Origin: Anthoceros angustus
Taxonomy: Eukaryota; Plantae; Anthocerotophyta
DNA: 64,000 bases
Assembly: GCA_010909165.1 (NCBI GenBank)
Contig: VJWM01000117.1
Span: 372,001 to 436,000 of the forward strand
Direction of reading: 5' to 3'
The position numbers and the translations under genes are program-made. This document shows positions 38,427 to 50,503 of the stretch, piece by piece. The notes beneath the pieces were generated by a model that saw only the letters and a list, made by a program, of their open reading frames with translations, did not search any database and was not told the DNA's origin. How positions within the stretch are numbered: position 1 is the first letter of the stretch; the number at the start of each line of letters is the position of its first letter.

Positions 38427-41400
38427 CTCTTCCGACAACCAGCTACAAGTTACAATGTAAGATCATTAATACTTTCAACCTTTAACACCAAAATTCATGC
38501 TAAAAATCAAAAGTAAAACTATATGTAGATTGAACCACTTATCTGCAGGTCTAAAAGTAGTATATGTAAATAACCTACTTACAAAAATAGCCTGTGAGTC
38601 CCAAACAATACGAATAAACATTGTACACGTTTAATCACACATATATAGAGGTAACCAAGCACAATATTTCGATAATAGGACTCTTGAGTGCACATACAAT
38701 CATTTCGAGATGTAGATCACATTGGATATGAATAAAGTGAAAAATCCATTATTTTTGTTTACTTTTATTATCATAATATCTTTAATATTATAGCTAGATG
38801 TGTGATAAAACCACTTCATTTAGTACTCATGATATATATGTCGGATTCCCTTTTCTACTACATGATATGGTAGTGTGGAAAGAAACCCCAAAGGTTATCG
38901 TGAAGGATTGAAGAGCTAGTGGATCAAATTTCAATTTCTTACCACTCTTACAATCTTGTAACAAGGAACATAAACGGACCTAACTTATAACGATGCGTGA
39001 TAGGACCGATGAGGAGACATTATCATCATTGACATTGCACATGGTAATGCTAGTGAAACTTTGAGGGTGCGACCTAGCTAGCTTACTCCCCTTTCTTCTC
39101 CAACATTGCATTGTTCTTTGTTCGAGGTGTTTGGTATTCAATAAATGTCGCACCATGTGCACATCTATCACACTAAGCTTGCTCATCCCACCAAAGTTAT
39201 CCAAGGGACCATCATCAATTGATAGAGTCTAACGGCCCTCTTACGTCTCTGATGTTGTGCACATTTTTCTAGGAAATGATCACTAACTCGAGCGCTCCAT
39301 GTTCGCTTTGTTCTATTGTTTTTCTAGATAAGAACTTCTAGCTACAATGAAGGACAATGTCGTCTACATTAAAACTTCATAGTTAATGTGAATTAGAACT
39401 TCCGCAATTAAGTCAAAGGTGTTTAGATTAGAACAATTCATGCGAGGACAATATTCACATTACAACTTCTTGTAATTCAAATATAGTCAAGGAATACTTC
39501 TATTAAGTTAGAACTTTATGCACTCATGGCTACAACTTGTGGATTATAACTCCTTGCAATACTTCCAAAGGCATTGTCTAAGGCGGAACTTCTTGAAATC
39601 ATGGACTATATCATGAATGACATGTATCATGAATCGCCTCAATTTGTTGATATGCTTATGAAGCACGTGCATAGCATTTACATCGAGGTAGTGTTGCAAC
39701 CGAGTGTTTAGAGTTTTTGTCTCAAGCTTTCACATGATTTCCTTAGGCTTAGCCATCCTATGTTATGATGTGCAATTGAGCCTAGATCGTCTTGGCAATT
39801 TTGCAAGTCACGAGAAGAAACATTTCCCTCTTTGGCTCGGCTCGAGTGGTGATCACCATAGCTTTTTTACATTGTTTACGGAATCATGCATGTCATGATG
39901 ACGTTGTATAAATATTTCACGTGCACAACCTTGATCGTATAGTTTAAATTTTAAAAATTAAAATATCAATTAAAACTTTATATTTCATTCTTATAACATT
40001 CGATTGAAAAAATTATATTCAATTCTTTGCCTAGCTTAAACTTTAGGATTGCTTTTCTTGAGTATTAATGTGTATGTCGATGAGCATGGCATGTGGTGCC
40101 TTGGAATGAAGCCCCACATTTACTCCGTAGTAACCAATAGCGTTTGCAGTCGCAAGTGGAGGACAGTCGTCACGAATGTGTCACGGATTGATGCAAGTCA
40201 GTGAAGGACAAAGTCACCGCCACCTATGATGGACACCGCATTGAGCTAGTGATCTCTGTAGGGTCGTGGCAAGATAGATGGTAGCTGCAAGCACGAGGCG
40301 GCTAGCTAGAAGACTAGGTCGCTTAGAGTGAGTGACTAACCTAGGGTCAACTAACCATAGCTAGGCAAACTCTAGTAAAGACAAGGCCGCTTAAACCAGA
40401 AACACGTCGGGACAAGGTCGCAGGCTACTTAAGCCCGTTCCCAAGAATCAAGACTGACTGTGATACAAGACGGAGCCCTCCGTCCGGATCTCCATCTCAG
40501 AAGAGTGATGACATCTTGGTATAAGAGCCGAACGGGACCAAAGACGGGATGACTCCAGCAGATGGCAACTGCCTTGGAGTGGATTAAGAGGCGCTGTATG
40601 GGAGCTCGGAGCGGACCATCGAGGAGTGGGGAGAAGCGACGGGCGGAGGTTTTGGGGTCCGTGTGATCTTTGGACCGAGATTGTTTGCATCTTGCATTGG
40701 CTTGACACGGAGAATGTACGAAAATTTTGAAGGCGCACAAGAGTTTGTGAGGCGGAAGGTGTGGGAAAGGAGCCATGGACTTTGAAGCCAAGAGCTAGAG
40801 CAAGATGCAAGGAGGAATAGACAGAGTCGCAGGTTTTGGTGCTATGTGAGGCACGCTCAATGGTCGCCAATAAGTGATTGAAGAACACCCATGCGAATGA
40901 CTCAGCCAGTTGGCATTCTATGTCGTGGTAGCCCTGGGGGCAAGACGGTGTAAGACTCCTAGGGAGTCAAGGGCATGCAAGAACGGACATCTTGTTGCAA
41001 AGCGAAAAAGATAGCAACAAGAGGCCCATGGGCCTCAAGTCGAGGTCTTCATAGCTAGACCTAAAGCATGTCACATTGCATGTGGGTTGTGAGAAGTGCA
41101 AGAATTGCTAGCTTGGCCCCGGCGAGAAGTGGGCGAGGCAGAGCTCCTCAAACATTAGGTTCGAGACGAGACGGTAGGAAGTGGCAGTTCTCAACAAGTA
41201 GTCGGAATGTGCGTTATGGTATCGATTCTTCTAATTGCAACAAGTCGATCGCGAGAAGCGACGCGCGAGATCCGGCGAGCGGCTTGTTCTTTCAATGATC
41301 CGGTTTCCACATGCACCGGATGTACACTAGCATCAAACATCATAGCTGAAATTTTGGAGGAGCAACGTCCATGGGCGGTTGAGACACGAACGAGCCGTAT

Positions 41401-42435
41401 GTATCCGGAGACAATTGCGCAGCATCTAGGCCATATTGCGTGAGTGAGCAAGAACGAGGCGGCGGTAGTGCTGGTCTCAATAGTGCAGCTCAACTTAGGA
41501 TTTGCCGAAATTCAAATTGCTCGAGTCTGCTCTAAAGATCTTCTCTGCAATGACAAACTCACGGCTGCCCAGCTTGTGGAGAGGTCTTGCCTGACCAAAG
41601 GCGTGCGCGACTACCAATCAAACCTCACCGGACACATTGGCTAACATGTGTCGGCGTTCGTGAGATTGCTAGCTTATGCTTCTCATGATCAATGAGAAGC
41701 CGATGGGAAGAGAGCTTATCATGCCACCGGGATCTAATGAAAGGAAGGCCCAGCCATACATAAATGCATGATGAGCCACGTCCTTGAGCATAGGCTTAGA
41801 TTGGGATGAGGGACTTGAATTTGGTGCTATCGGCCTAGAATGGTGGCCTCGCTAGCTTAACAACTCCTCCTCGGTTTTGACGACATCCATCCCTCGTCAA
41901 CGTACATGCTTAACCGCTGCTTGCCCTTGGTACTAATCAAGCGATTCCAGTTCTAGATGTTAACCTCGCCTTTCACCATATGCGAGTTCCTTTGGTATTC
42001 ATTATGATGATGAAATACCTCACACCAACTTAAATTAAATTAGTTTTTTTCTTTATTGTGGACTTGTTGTTGATCTTAGTTAAGTGCTTCATGATTTGTA
42101 TCTATCTATCTCTTCTAACGAAAATTATAATTTATAATATTCCATGACTATATTGTGTCTATGTAATGACTAAAGGTAACAGAATGACTATATATAATAT
42201 ATAATGACTGTATGAATTAAATTGAGAAAATATTCAAATTGTTCAATAATAAAATTCATAAACATTAGCAAGTAAGAGAACAAAAGTACAATTTCATAAC
42301 ACACCATTTTGCTATAGGTCTAAAACTAAGATAAAAGCAGATCACGCTTACACTTCTAAAGAGGAATGTGTTGCTTTGAAATATGATTAAGTTGCTAGTT
42401 TTATCTCTTAACATTTGAGACGTGAAAATTTTCAA

Positions 42436-43669
42436 CTAAGATCTAATCATTATAATTATTGAGAAGAGCCTTCCCACGAAAATTTCTAGCAACCTCGTTA
42501 GTGCTCATTTGATTGCGACCATTGTGACCGGTCCGCCAAAAGAAGACCTTTCAACGCTCCTTTTCTAACTCGAGATAGCTCGGCCTCATTGGTAGGCATG
42601 TTTGGCCCACAATCTTCCGCCGGGATAACTCGTCCTCATTCACGGTTTGTTTGGGCCACAAGCTTCTAGGTCATCCTCATTCACGTTGGTTTGGGCCACT
42701 AGCTTCTAGGTCTCCTCATTCACGGTTCGTTTGGGCCACAAGCTTCTAGGTCGCCCTCATTGACGGTTCGCTTTGGGCCACAAGCTTCTAGGTCGCCCTC
42801 ATTCACGGGTTCGTTAGGGCCACAAGCTTCTAGGTCATCCTCATTCACGGGTTTGTTAGGGCCACAAGCTTCTAGGTCGTCCTCATTCACGGTTCGTTAG
42901 GGCCACAAGCTTCTAGGGATAGCTCGCTCTCATTTTCGTGTTTTTTGGGCCACAAACTTCCTTGCTCGGTTTTAGAATTGTACCTACAAAATTGATAAAC
43001 GATTTCAAATACTCTTACATATCTTTTAAAACATCTTGTTGATCGCTTATCACCAAATGACAAAACTAAAATTGTTACCCATGATGTGAATATTGCGAGA
43101 AGAATCGTTGCCATGGTTGTAACATTGTGAGAAGAATCATTTGCCGTGGTTGTATCATTGTGAGAAGAATCCTTCCAACCCGTTCTCCTTTTCTTTGGCA
43201 CCTTGCGGTGATCTAAACCCTTCCAAGCCACTATGCATATACTTACAATTGAGGCTGCAATAAGTTTTCAAGCTCCTACATCCCTCCGATCCAATGAAAG
43301 CGTGATATGCTCCGATGTCGCGTCTGCATATGTTGAATCTTGTATCTTGGGAGATAAGAGCGTGGTCCCTGTCATTACATTTGAAGGTAGTAATATCCTC
43401 AATGTAGAGCATAGGCGCTAAAAGAGATCAATCAAGTGACACCATAGCCGATTCACTTTTCAATAAATAATACTTCAGGCCGTGATGAATTCTTACAACA
43501 TTCGGTAAAATGGATCATCTTGGCATTGAATACAAAACTTATCAGATCCTGATTTTGCCATGTGAGGATGTAACGTGCACTTCTTATGATAGTCATGTTG
43601 AACAAATATTGGTAACCAATCAAAAGTGCACCATATCACCTCGCCTAGAGTTCCGGATCTTGCATACAT
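42436..43669 (-). CDS. PLATZ-like protein, copy 4 (frameshifted as assembled)
   Basis: ORFs 43493..43720 (EEMYARSG..WLPIFVQHDYHKKCTLH..KFCIQC) and 43155..43412 (GCRSLKTYCSLNCK). Confidence 0.75.
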
Positions 43670-46600
43670 CTCTTCCGACAAAACTACAAAGTTACAATGT
43701 AAGATCATTAATACTTTCAACCTTTAACACCAAAATTCATGCTAAAAATCAAAAGTAAAACTATATGTAGATTGAACCACTTATCCGCAGGTCTAAAAGT
43801 AGTATATGTAAATAACCTACTTACAAAAATAGCCCAGAGTCCCAAACAATACGAATAAACATTGTACACGCTTAATCACACATATATAGAGGTAACCAAG
43901 CACAATATTTCGATAATAGGACTCTTGAGTGCACATACAATCATTTCGAGATGTAGATCACATTGGATATGAATAAAGTGAAAAATCCATTATTTTTGTT
44001 TACTTTTTATTATCATAATATCTTTAATATTATAGCTAGATGTGTGATAAAACCACTTCATTTAGTACTCGCGATATATATATGTCGGATTCCCTTTTCT
44101 ACTACATGATATGGTAGTGTGGAAAGAAACCCCAAAGGTTATCGTGAAGGATTGAAGAGCTAGTGGATCAAATTTCAATTTCTTACCACTCTTACAATCT
44201 TGTAACAAGGAACATAAACGGACCTAACTTATAACGATGCGAGGATAGGGTGATGAGGAGACATTATCATCATTGACATTGCACATGGTAATGCTAGTGA
44301 AACTTTGAGGGTGCGACCTAGCTAGCTTACTCCCCTTTCTTCTCCAACATTGCATTGTTCTTTGTTCGAGGTGTTTGGTATTCAATAAATGTCGCACCAT
44401 GTGCACATCTATCACACTAAGCTTGCTCATCCCACCAAAGTTATCCAAGGGACCATCATCAATTGATAGAGTCTAACGGGCCCTCTTCTCCTCTGTTGTT
44501 GTGCACATTTTTCTAGGAAATGATCACCTAACTCGAGCGCCCATGTTCGCTTTGTTCTATTGTTTTCTAGATAAGAACTTCTAGCTACAATGAAGGACAA
44601 TGTCGTCTACATTAAAACTTCATGCGATGGCGAATGTGAATTAGAACTTCCGCAATTAAGTCAAAGGTGTTTAGATTAGAACAATTCATGCGATGAGGAC
44701 AATATTCACATTACAACTTCTTGTAATTCAAATATAGTCAAGGAATACTTCTATTAAGTTAGAACTTTATGCACTCATGGCTACAACTTGTGGATTATAA
44801 CTCCTTGCAATACTTCCAAAGGCATTGTCTAAGGCGGAACTTCTTGAAATCATGGACTATATCATGAATGACATGTATCATGAATCGCCTCAATTTGTTG
44901 ATATGCTTATGAAGCACGTGCATAGCATTTACATCGAGGTAGTGTTGCAATCCGAGTGTTTAGAGTTTTGTCTCAAGCTTTCACATGATTTCCTTAGGCT
45001 TAGCCATCCTATGTTATGATGTGCAATTGAGCCTAGATCGTCTTGGCAATTTTGCAAGTCACGAAAGAAACATTTCCTCTTTGGCTCGGCTCGAGAGTGG
45101 TGATCACCATAGCTTTTGCAATCAAGCTTCGGAATCATGCATGTCATGACTCGTTGTATAAATATTTCACGTGCACAACCTTGATCGTATAGGTTTAAAT
45201 TTTAAAAATTAAAATATCAATTAAAACTTTATATTTCATTCTTATAACATTCGATTGAAAAAATTATATTCAATTCTTGCCTAGCTTAAACTTTAGGATT
45301 GCTTTTCTTGAGTATTAATGTGTATGTCGATGAGCATGGCATGTGGTGCCTTGGAATGAAGCCCCACATTTACTCCGTAGTAACCAATAGCGTTTGCAGT
45401 CGCAAGTGGAGGACTATCGTCTCCGAATGTGTCAGCCGGATTGATGCAAGCTTCACCGTGAAGGACAAAGTCGATGACCTATGATGGACACCAGCTAGCG
45501 ATCTCGGGCCGGAGGGTCGTGGCAAGATAGATGGTAGCTGCAAGCACGAGGGCAGCTAGCTAGAAGACTAGGTCAGTTAGAGTGAGTGACTAACCTAGGG
45601 TCAACTAACCATAGCTAGGCAAACTCTAGTAAAGACAAGGTCAGTTAAACCAGGAAACACGTACTGGGACAAGGTCGCAGGCTACTTAAGCCCGTTCCCA
45701 AGAATCAAGACGGACTCTCGCATACCAGCACGGAGCCCTCCGCGTCCGGGATCTCCATCTCCGAGAAGGTGATGACATCTTGGTATAAGAGCCGAACGAT
45801 CGGACCAGTGGGATGACTCCAGCAGATGGCACCGTCTTGGAGTGGATTAGGAGGCAGCGGTATGGGAGCTCGGAGCGGACCATCGAGGAGTGGGGAGAAG
45901 CGACCAGAGCGGGAGGTTTTGGGGTCCGTGTGATCTTTGGACCGAGATTGTTTGCATCTTGCATTGGCTTGACACACAGTGAGAATGACGGAAATTTTGA
46001 AGGCGCACAAGAGTTTGTGAGGCGGAAGGTGTGGGAAAGGAGCCATGGACTTTGAAGCCAAGAGCTAGAGCAAGATGCAAGGAGGGACGAATAGAGTCGC
46101 AGGTTTTGGTGCTATATGCAGGAGGCACGCCAATGGCTGCCAATAAGTGATTGAAGAACACCCATGTAATGACCGCCTTGGAGTGGATTAAGAGGCGTAT
46201 GGGAGCTCGGAGCGGACCATCGAGGAGTGGGGAGAAGCGACCAGAGCGGGAGGTTTTGGGGTCCGTGTGATCTTTGGACCGAGATTGTTTGCATCTTGCA
46301 TTGGCTTGACACGGAGAACGATTTAATTTTGAAGGCGCACAAGAGTTTGTGAGGCGGAAGGTGTGGGAAAGGAGCCATGGACTTTGAAGCCAAGAGCTAG
46401 AGCAAGATGCAAGGAGGGACGAATAGATGAGTGTGGTTTTGGTGCTATATGTGGAGGCACGCTCAATGGCTGCCAATAAGTGATTGAAGAACACCCATGC
46501 GAATGACTCGTTCAGGTTGGCATTCTATGTCGTGTAGCCTGGGGGGGGCAAGACGGCTGACAGAAGACTCCTAGGGAGTCAAGGGCATGCAAGAACTTGG

Positions 46601-48089
46601 ACATCTTGTTGCAAAGCGAAAAAAGATAGCAACAAGAGGCCCATGGGCCCCGAAGTCGAGGTCTTGCTAGCCAGCTAGACCTAAAGCATGTCACATTGCA
46701 TGTGGGTTGTGAGAAGTGCAAGAATTGCTAGCTTGGCCTGGCGAGAAGTGGCGACTAGCTGCTCCAACATTAGGTTCGAGACGAGACGGTAGGAAGTGGC
46801 AGCTCCGTGAGTTCAAGCGAGTCGGAATGTGCGTTATGGTATCGATTCTTCTAATTGCAACAAGTCGATCAATGAGAAGCGACGGCGTGAGATCCAATCG
46901 AGCAATTTTGTTCTTTCAATGATCCGGTTTCCACATGCACCGGATGCGACTTACTAGCATCAAACATCATAGCTGAAATTTTGGAGGAGCAACGTCCATG
47001 GGCGGTTGAGACACGAACGAGTGCCGCATGTATCCAGAGACAATTGCGCAGCATCTAGGCCATATTGCTCGAGTCGTCTAGCAAGAACGAGGGCGGGCCG
47101 TGATTGCTGGTCTCAATAGTGCAGCTCAACTTAGGATTTGCGAAATTCAAATTGCTCGAGTTCGCTCGACGGCAAAGATCTTCGCAATCGGAAAACCCGC
47201 ATGCGACCGCCGATTGTGGAGAGGTCTTGCACACCAAAGCGCGGCCGCGACTACCAATCAAACCTCACCGGACACATTGGCTAACATGTGTCGACGTCGA
47301 GATTGTTAGGCTTATGCTTCTCATGATCAATGAGAAGCCGATGGGGAAGAGAGCTTATCATGCCACGGGATCTAATGAAAGGAAGGCCCACCATACATAA
47401 ATGCATGATGAGCCACGTCCTTGAGCATAGGCTTTTATGATTGGGATGAGGGACTTGAATTTGGTGCTATCGGCCTAGAATGGTGGCAGGCCTTCGCTAA
47501 ATACCTCCGGTTTCTGTTTTTGGACGGGACATCCATCCCTCGTCAACGACATGCTTAACCGCGTGCTTGCCCTTGGTACTAAGCATGCGATTCCGGTTCC
47601 TAGATGTTAACCTCGGGCGGCCTTTCACCATATGCGAGTTCCTTTGGTATTATCATATGATGATGAAATACCTCACACCAACTTAAATTAAATTAGTTTT
47701 TTTCTTTATTGTGGACTTGTTGATCTTAGTTAAGTGCTTCGTATGCGATTTGTATCTATCTATCTCTTCTAACGAAAAATTATAATTTATAATATTCCAT
47801 GACTATATTGTGTCTATGTAATGACTAAAGGTAGAATGACTATATATAATATATAATGACTGTATGAATTAAATTGAGAAAATATTCAAATTGTTCAATA
47901 ATAAAATTCATAAACATTAGCAAGTAAGAGAACAAAAGTACAATTTCATAACACACCATTTTGCTATAGGTCTAAAACTAAGATAAAAGCAGATCACGCT
48001 TACACTTCTAAAGAGGAATGTGTTCGCTTTGAAATATGATTAAGTTGCTAGTTTTATCTCTTAACATTTGAGACGTGAAAATTTTCAAC

Positions 48090-49240
48090 TAAGATCTAAT
48101 CATTATAATTATTGAGAAGAGCCTTGATTCACGTAAATTTCTAGCAACCTCGTTAGTGCTCATTTGATTGCGACCATTGCATCAGTCTACGCCAAAAGAA
48201 GACCTTTCAACGCTCCTTTTCTCTAACTCGATAGCTCGGCCTCATTGGTAGGCATGTTTGGCCCACAATCTTAGGGATAACTCGTCCTCATTCACGGGTT
48301 GGTTTGGGCCATCGCTTCTAGGTCATCCTCATTCACGGGTTGGTTTTGACGGGACATCCATCCTCGTCAACGACATGCTTAACCGCGTGCTTGCCCTTGG
48401 TACTAACTGTATGCGATTCCAGTTCCTAGATGTTAACCTCGGGCCTTTCACCATATGCGAGTTCCTTTGGTATTATCATATGATGATGAAATACCTCACA
48501 CCAACTTAAATTAAATTAGTTTTTTTCTTTATTGTGGACTTGTTGCTGATCTTAGTTAAGTGCTTCGATTTGTATCTATCTATCTCTTCTAACGAAAAAT
48601 TATAATTTATAATATTCCATGACTATATTGTGTCTATGTAATGACTAAAGGTATGATATGACTATATATATAATATATAATGACTGTATGAATTAAATTG
48701 AGAAAATATTCAAATTGTTCAATAATAAAATTCATAAACATTAGCAAGTAAGAGAACAAAAGTACAATTTCATAACACACCATTTTGCTATAGGTCTAAA
48801 ACTAAGATAAAATGTATCACGCTTACACTTCTAAAGAGGAATGTGTTCGCTTTGAAATATGATTAAGTTGCTAGTTTTATCTCTTAACATTTGAGACGTG
48901 AAAATTTTCAACTAAGATCTAATCATTATAATTATTGAGAAGAGCCTTCACGTAAATTTCTAGCAACCTCGTTAGTGCTCATTTGATTGCGACCATTACT
49001 GCATCCAAAAAAAGACCTTTCAACGCCTCCTTTTCTCTAACTCGATAGCTCGGCCTCATTGGTAGGTATGTTTGGCCCACAATCTTCCGGCCGGGATAAC
49101 TCGTCCTCATTCACGGTTTGTTTGGGCCACAAGCTTCTAGGTCATCCTCATTCACGGGTTGGTTTGGGCCACTAGCTTCTAGGTCGTCCTCATTCACGGG
49201 TTCGTTTGGGCCACAAGCTTCTAGGTCGTCCTCATTGTGT
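48090..49240 (-). pseudogene. Two partial 3'-end copies of the PLATZ-like gene
   Basis: 3' coding end plus a few 42-bp repeats at ~48090-48340 and ~48915-49240, each ending at a back-jump junction. Confidence 0.7.
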
Positions 49241-49307
49241 GTTCGCTTTGAAATATGATTAAGTTGCTAGTTTTATCTCTTAACATTTGAGACGTGAAAA
49301 TTTTCAA

Positions 49308-50503
49308 CTAAGATCTAATCATTATAATTATTGAGAAGAGCCTTCACGTAAATTTCTAGCAACCTCGTTAGTGCTCATTTGATTGCGACCATTGTCCTCC
49401 GCCAAAAGAAGACCTTTCAACGCCTCCTTTTCTCTAACTCGGATAGCTCGGCCTCATTGGTAGGTATGTTTGGCCCACAATCTTTCGGGATAACTCGTCC
49501 TCATTCACGGGTTTGTTTGGGCCATCGCTTCTAGGTCATCCTCATTCACGGGTTGGTTTGGGCCACTAGCTTCTAGGTCGTCCTCATTCACGGGTTCGTT
49601 TGGGCCACAAGCTTCTAGGTCATCCTCATTCAGGTTCGTTAGGGCCACAAGCTTCTAGGTCATCCTCATTCAGGTTCGTTAGGGCCACAAGCTTCTAGGT
49701 CGTCCTCATTCACGGGTTTGTTAGGGCCACAAGCTTCTAGCCGGGATAGCTCGTTCTCATTTTCGTGTTTTTGGGCCACAAACTTCCTTGCTCTCGGTTT
49801 TAGAATTGTACCTACAAAAATTGATAAACGCATTTCAAATACTCTTACATATCTTTTAAAACATCTTGCTGATCGTTTATCACCAAATGACAAAACTAAA
49901 ATTGTTACCCATGGCGGGAATATTGCGAGAAGAATCGTTGCCATGGTTGTAACATTGTGAGAAGAATCATTTGCCGTGGTTGTATCATTGTGAGAAGAAT
50001 CCTTCCAACCTGCTTCTCCTTTTCTTTGGCACCTTGCAGTGTGATCTAAACCCTTCCAAGCCACTATGCATATACTTACAATTGAGGTCAATAAGTTTTC
50101 AAGCTCCTACATCCCTCCGATCCAATGAAAGCGTGATATGCTCCGGATGTCGCGTCCGTACATGTTGAATCTTGTATCTTGGGAGATAAGAGCGTGTGGT
50201 CTGTCATTACATTTGAAGGTAGTAATATCCTCAATGTAGAGCATAGGCGCTAAAAGAGATCGAATCAAGTGCGTACACCATAGCGTCGATTCACTTTTCG
50301 AATCAATACTGTGCCAGATGTGAATTCTTACAACATTCGTTGCAAAATGGATCATCTTGGCATTGAATACAAAACTTATTGCATCCCGATTTTGCCATGT
50401 GAGGATGTAACGTGCACTTCTTATGATAGTCATGTTGAACAAATATTGGTAACCAATCGGTGCACCATATCACCTCGGCTAGAGTTCCGGATCTTGCATA
50501 CAT
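49308..50503 (-). CDS. PLATZ-like protein, copy 5 (frameshifted as assembled)
   Basis: ORF 50303..50515: MYARSGTLAEVIWCTDWLPIFVQHDYHKKCTLHPHMAKSGCNKFCIQCQDDPFCNECC. With SHLGH from copy 3 this fits PLATZ motif C-x2-H-x11-C-x2-C-x5-C-x2-C-x4-H-x2-H. Confidence 0.78.

Noticed and set aside
38980-39204. Recurring ~70-aa ORF MSKLSVIDVHMVRHLLNTK...
   Set aside because: It recurs only because the unit is repeated; it has no recognisable motif or independent coding evidence.
45686-46494. Long minus-strand ORFs MFFNHLL.../MASKSMAPFPHLPP...
   Set aside because: Frames differ between copies, no domain is recognisable, and the length is inflated by a local duplication.
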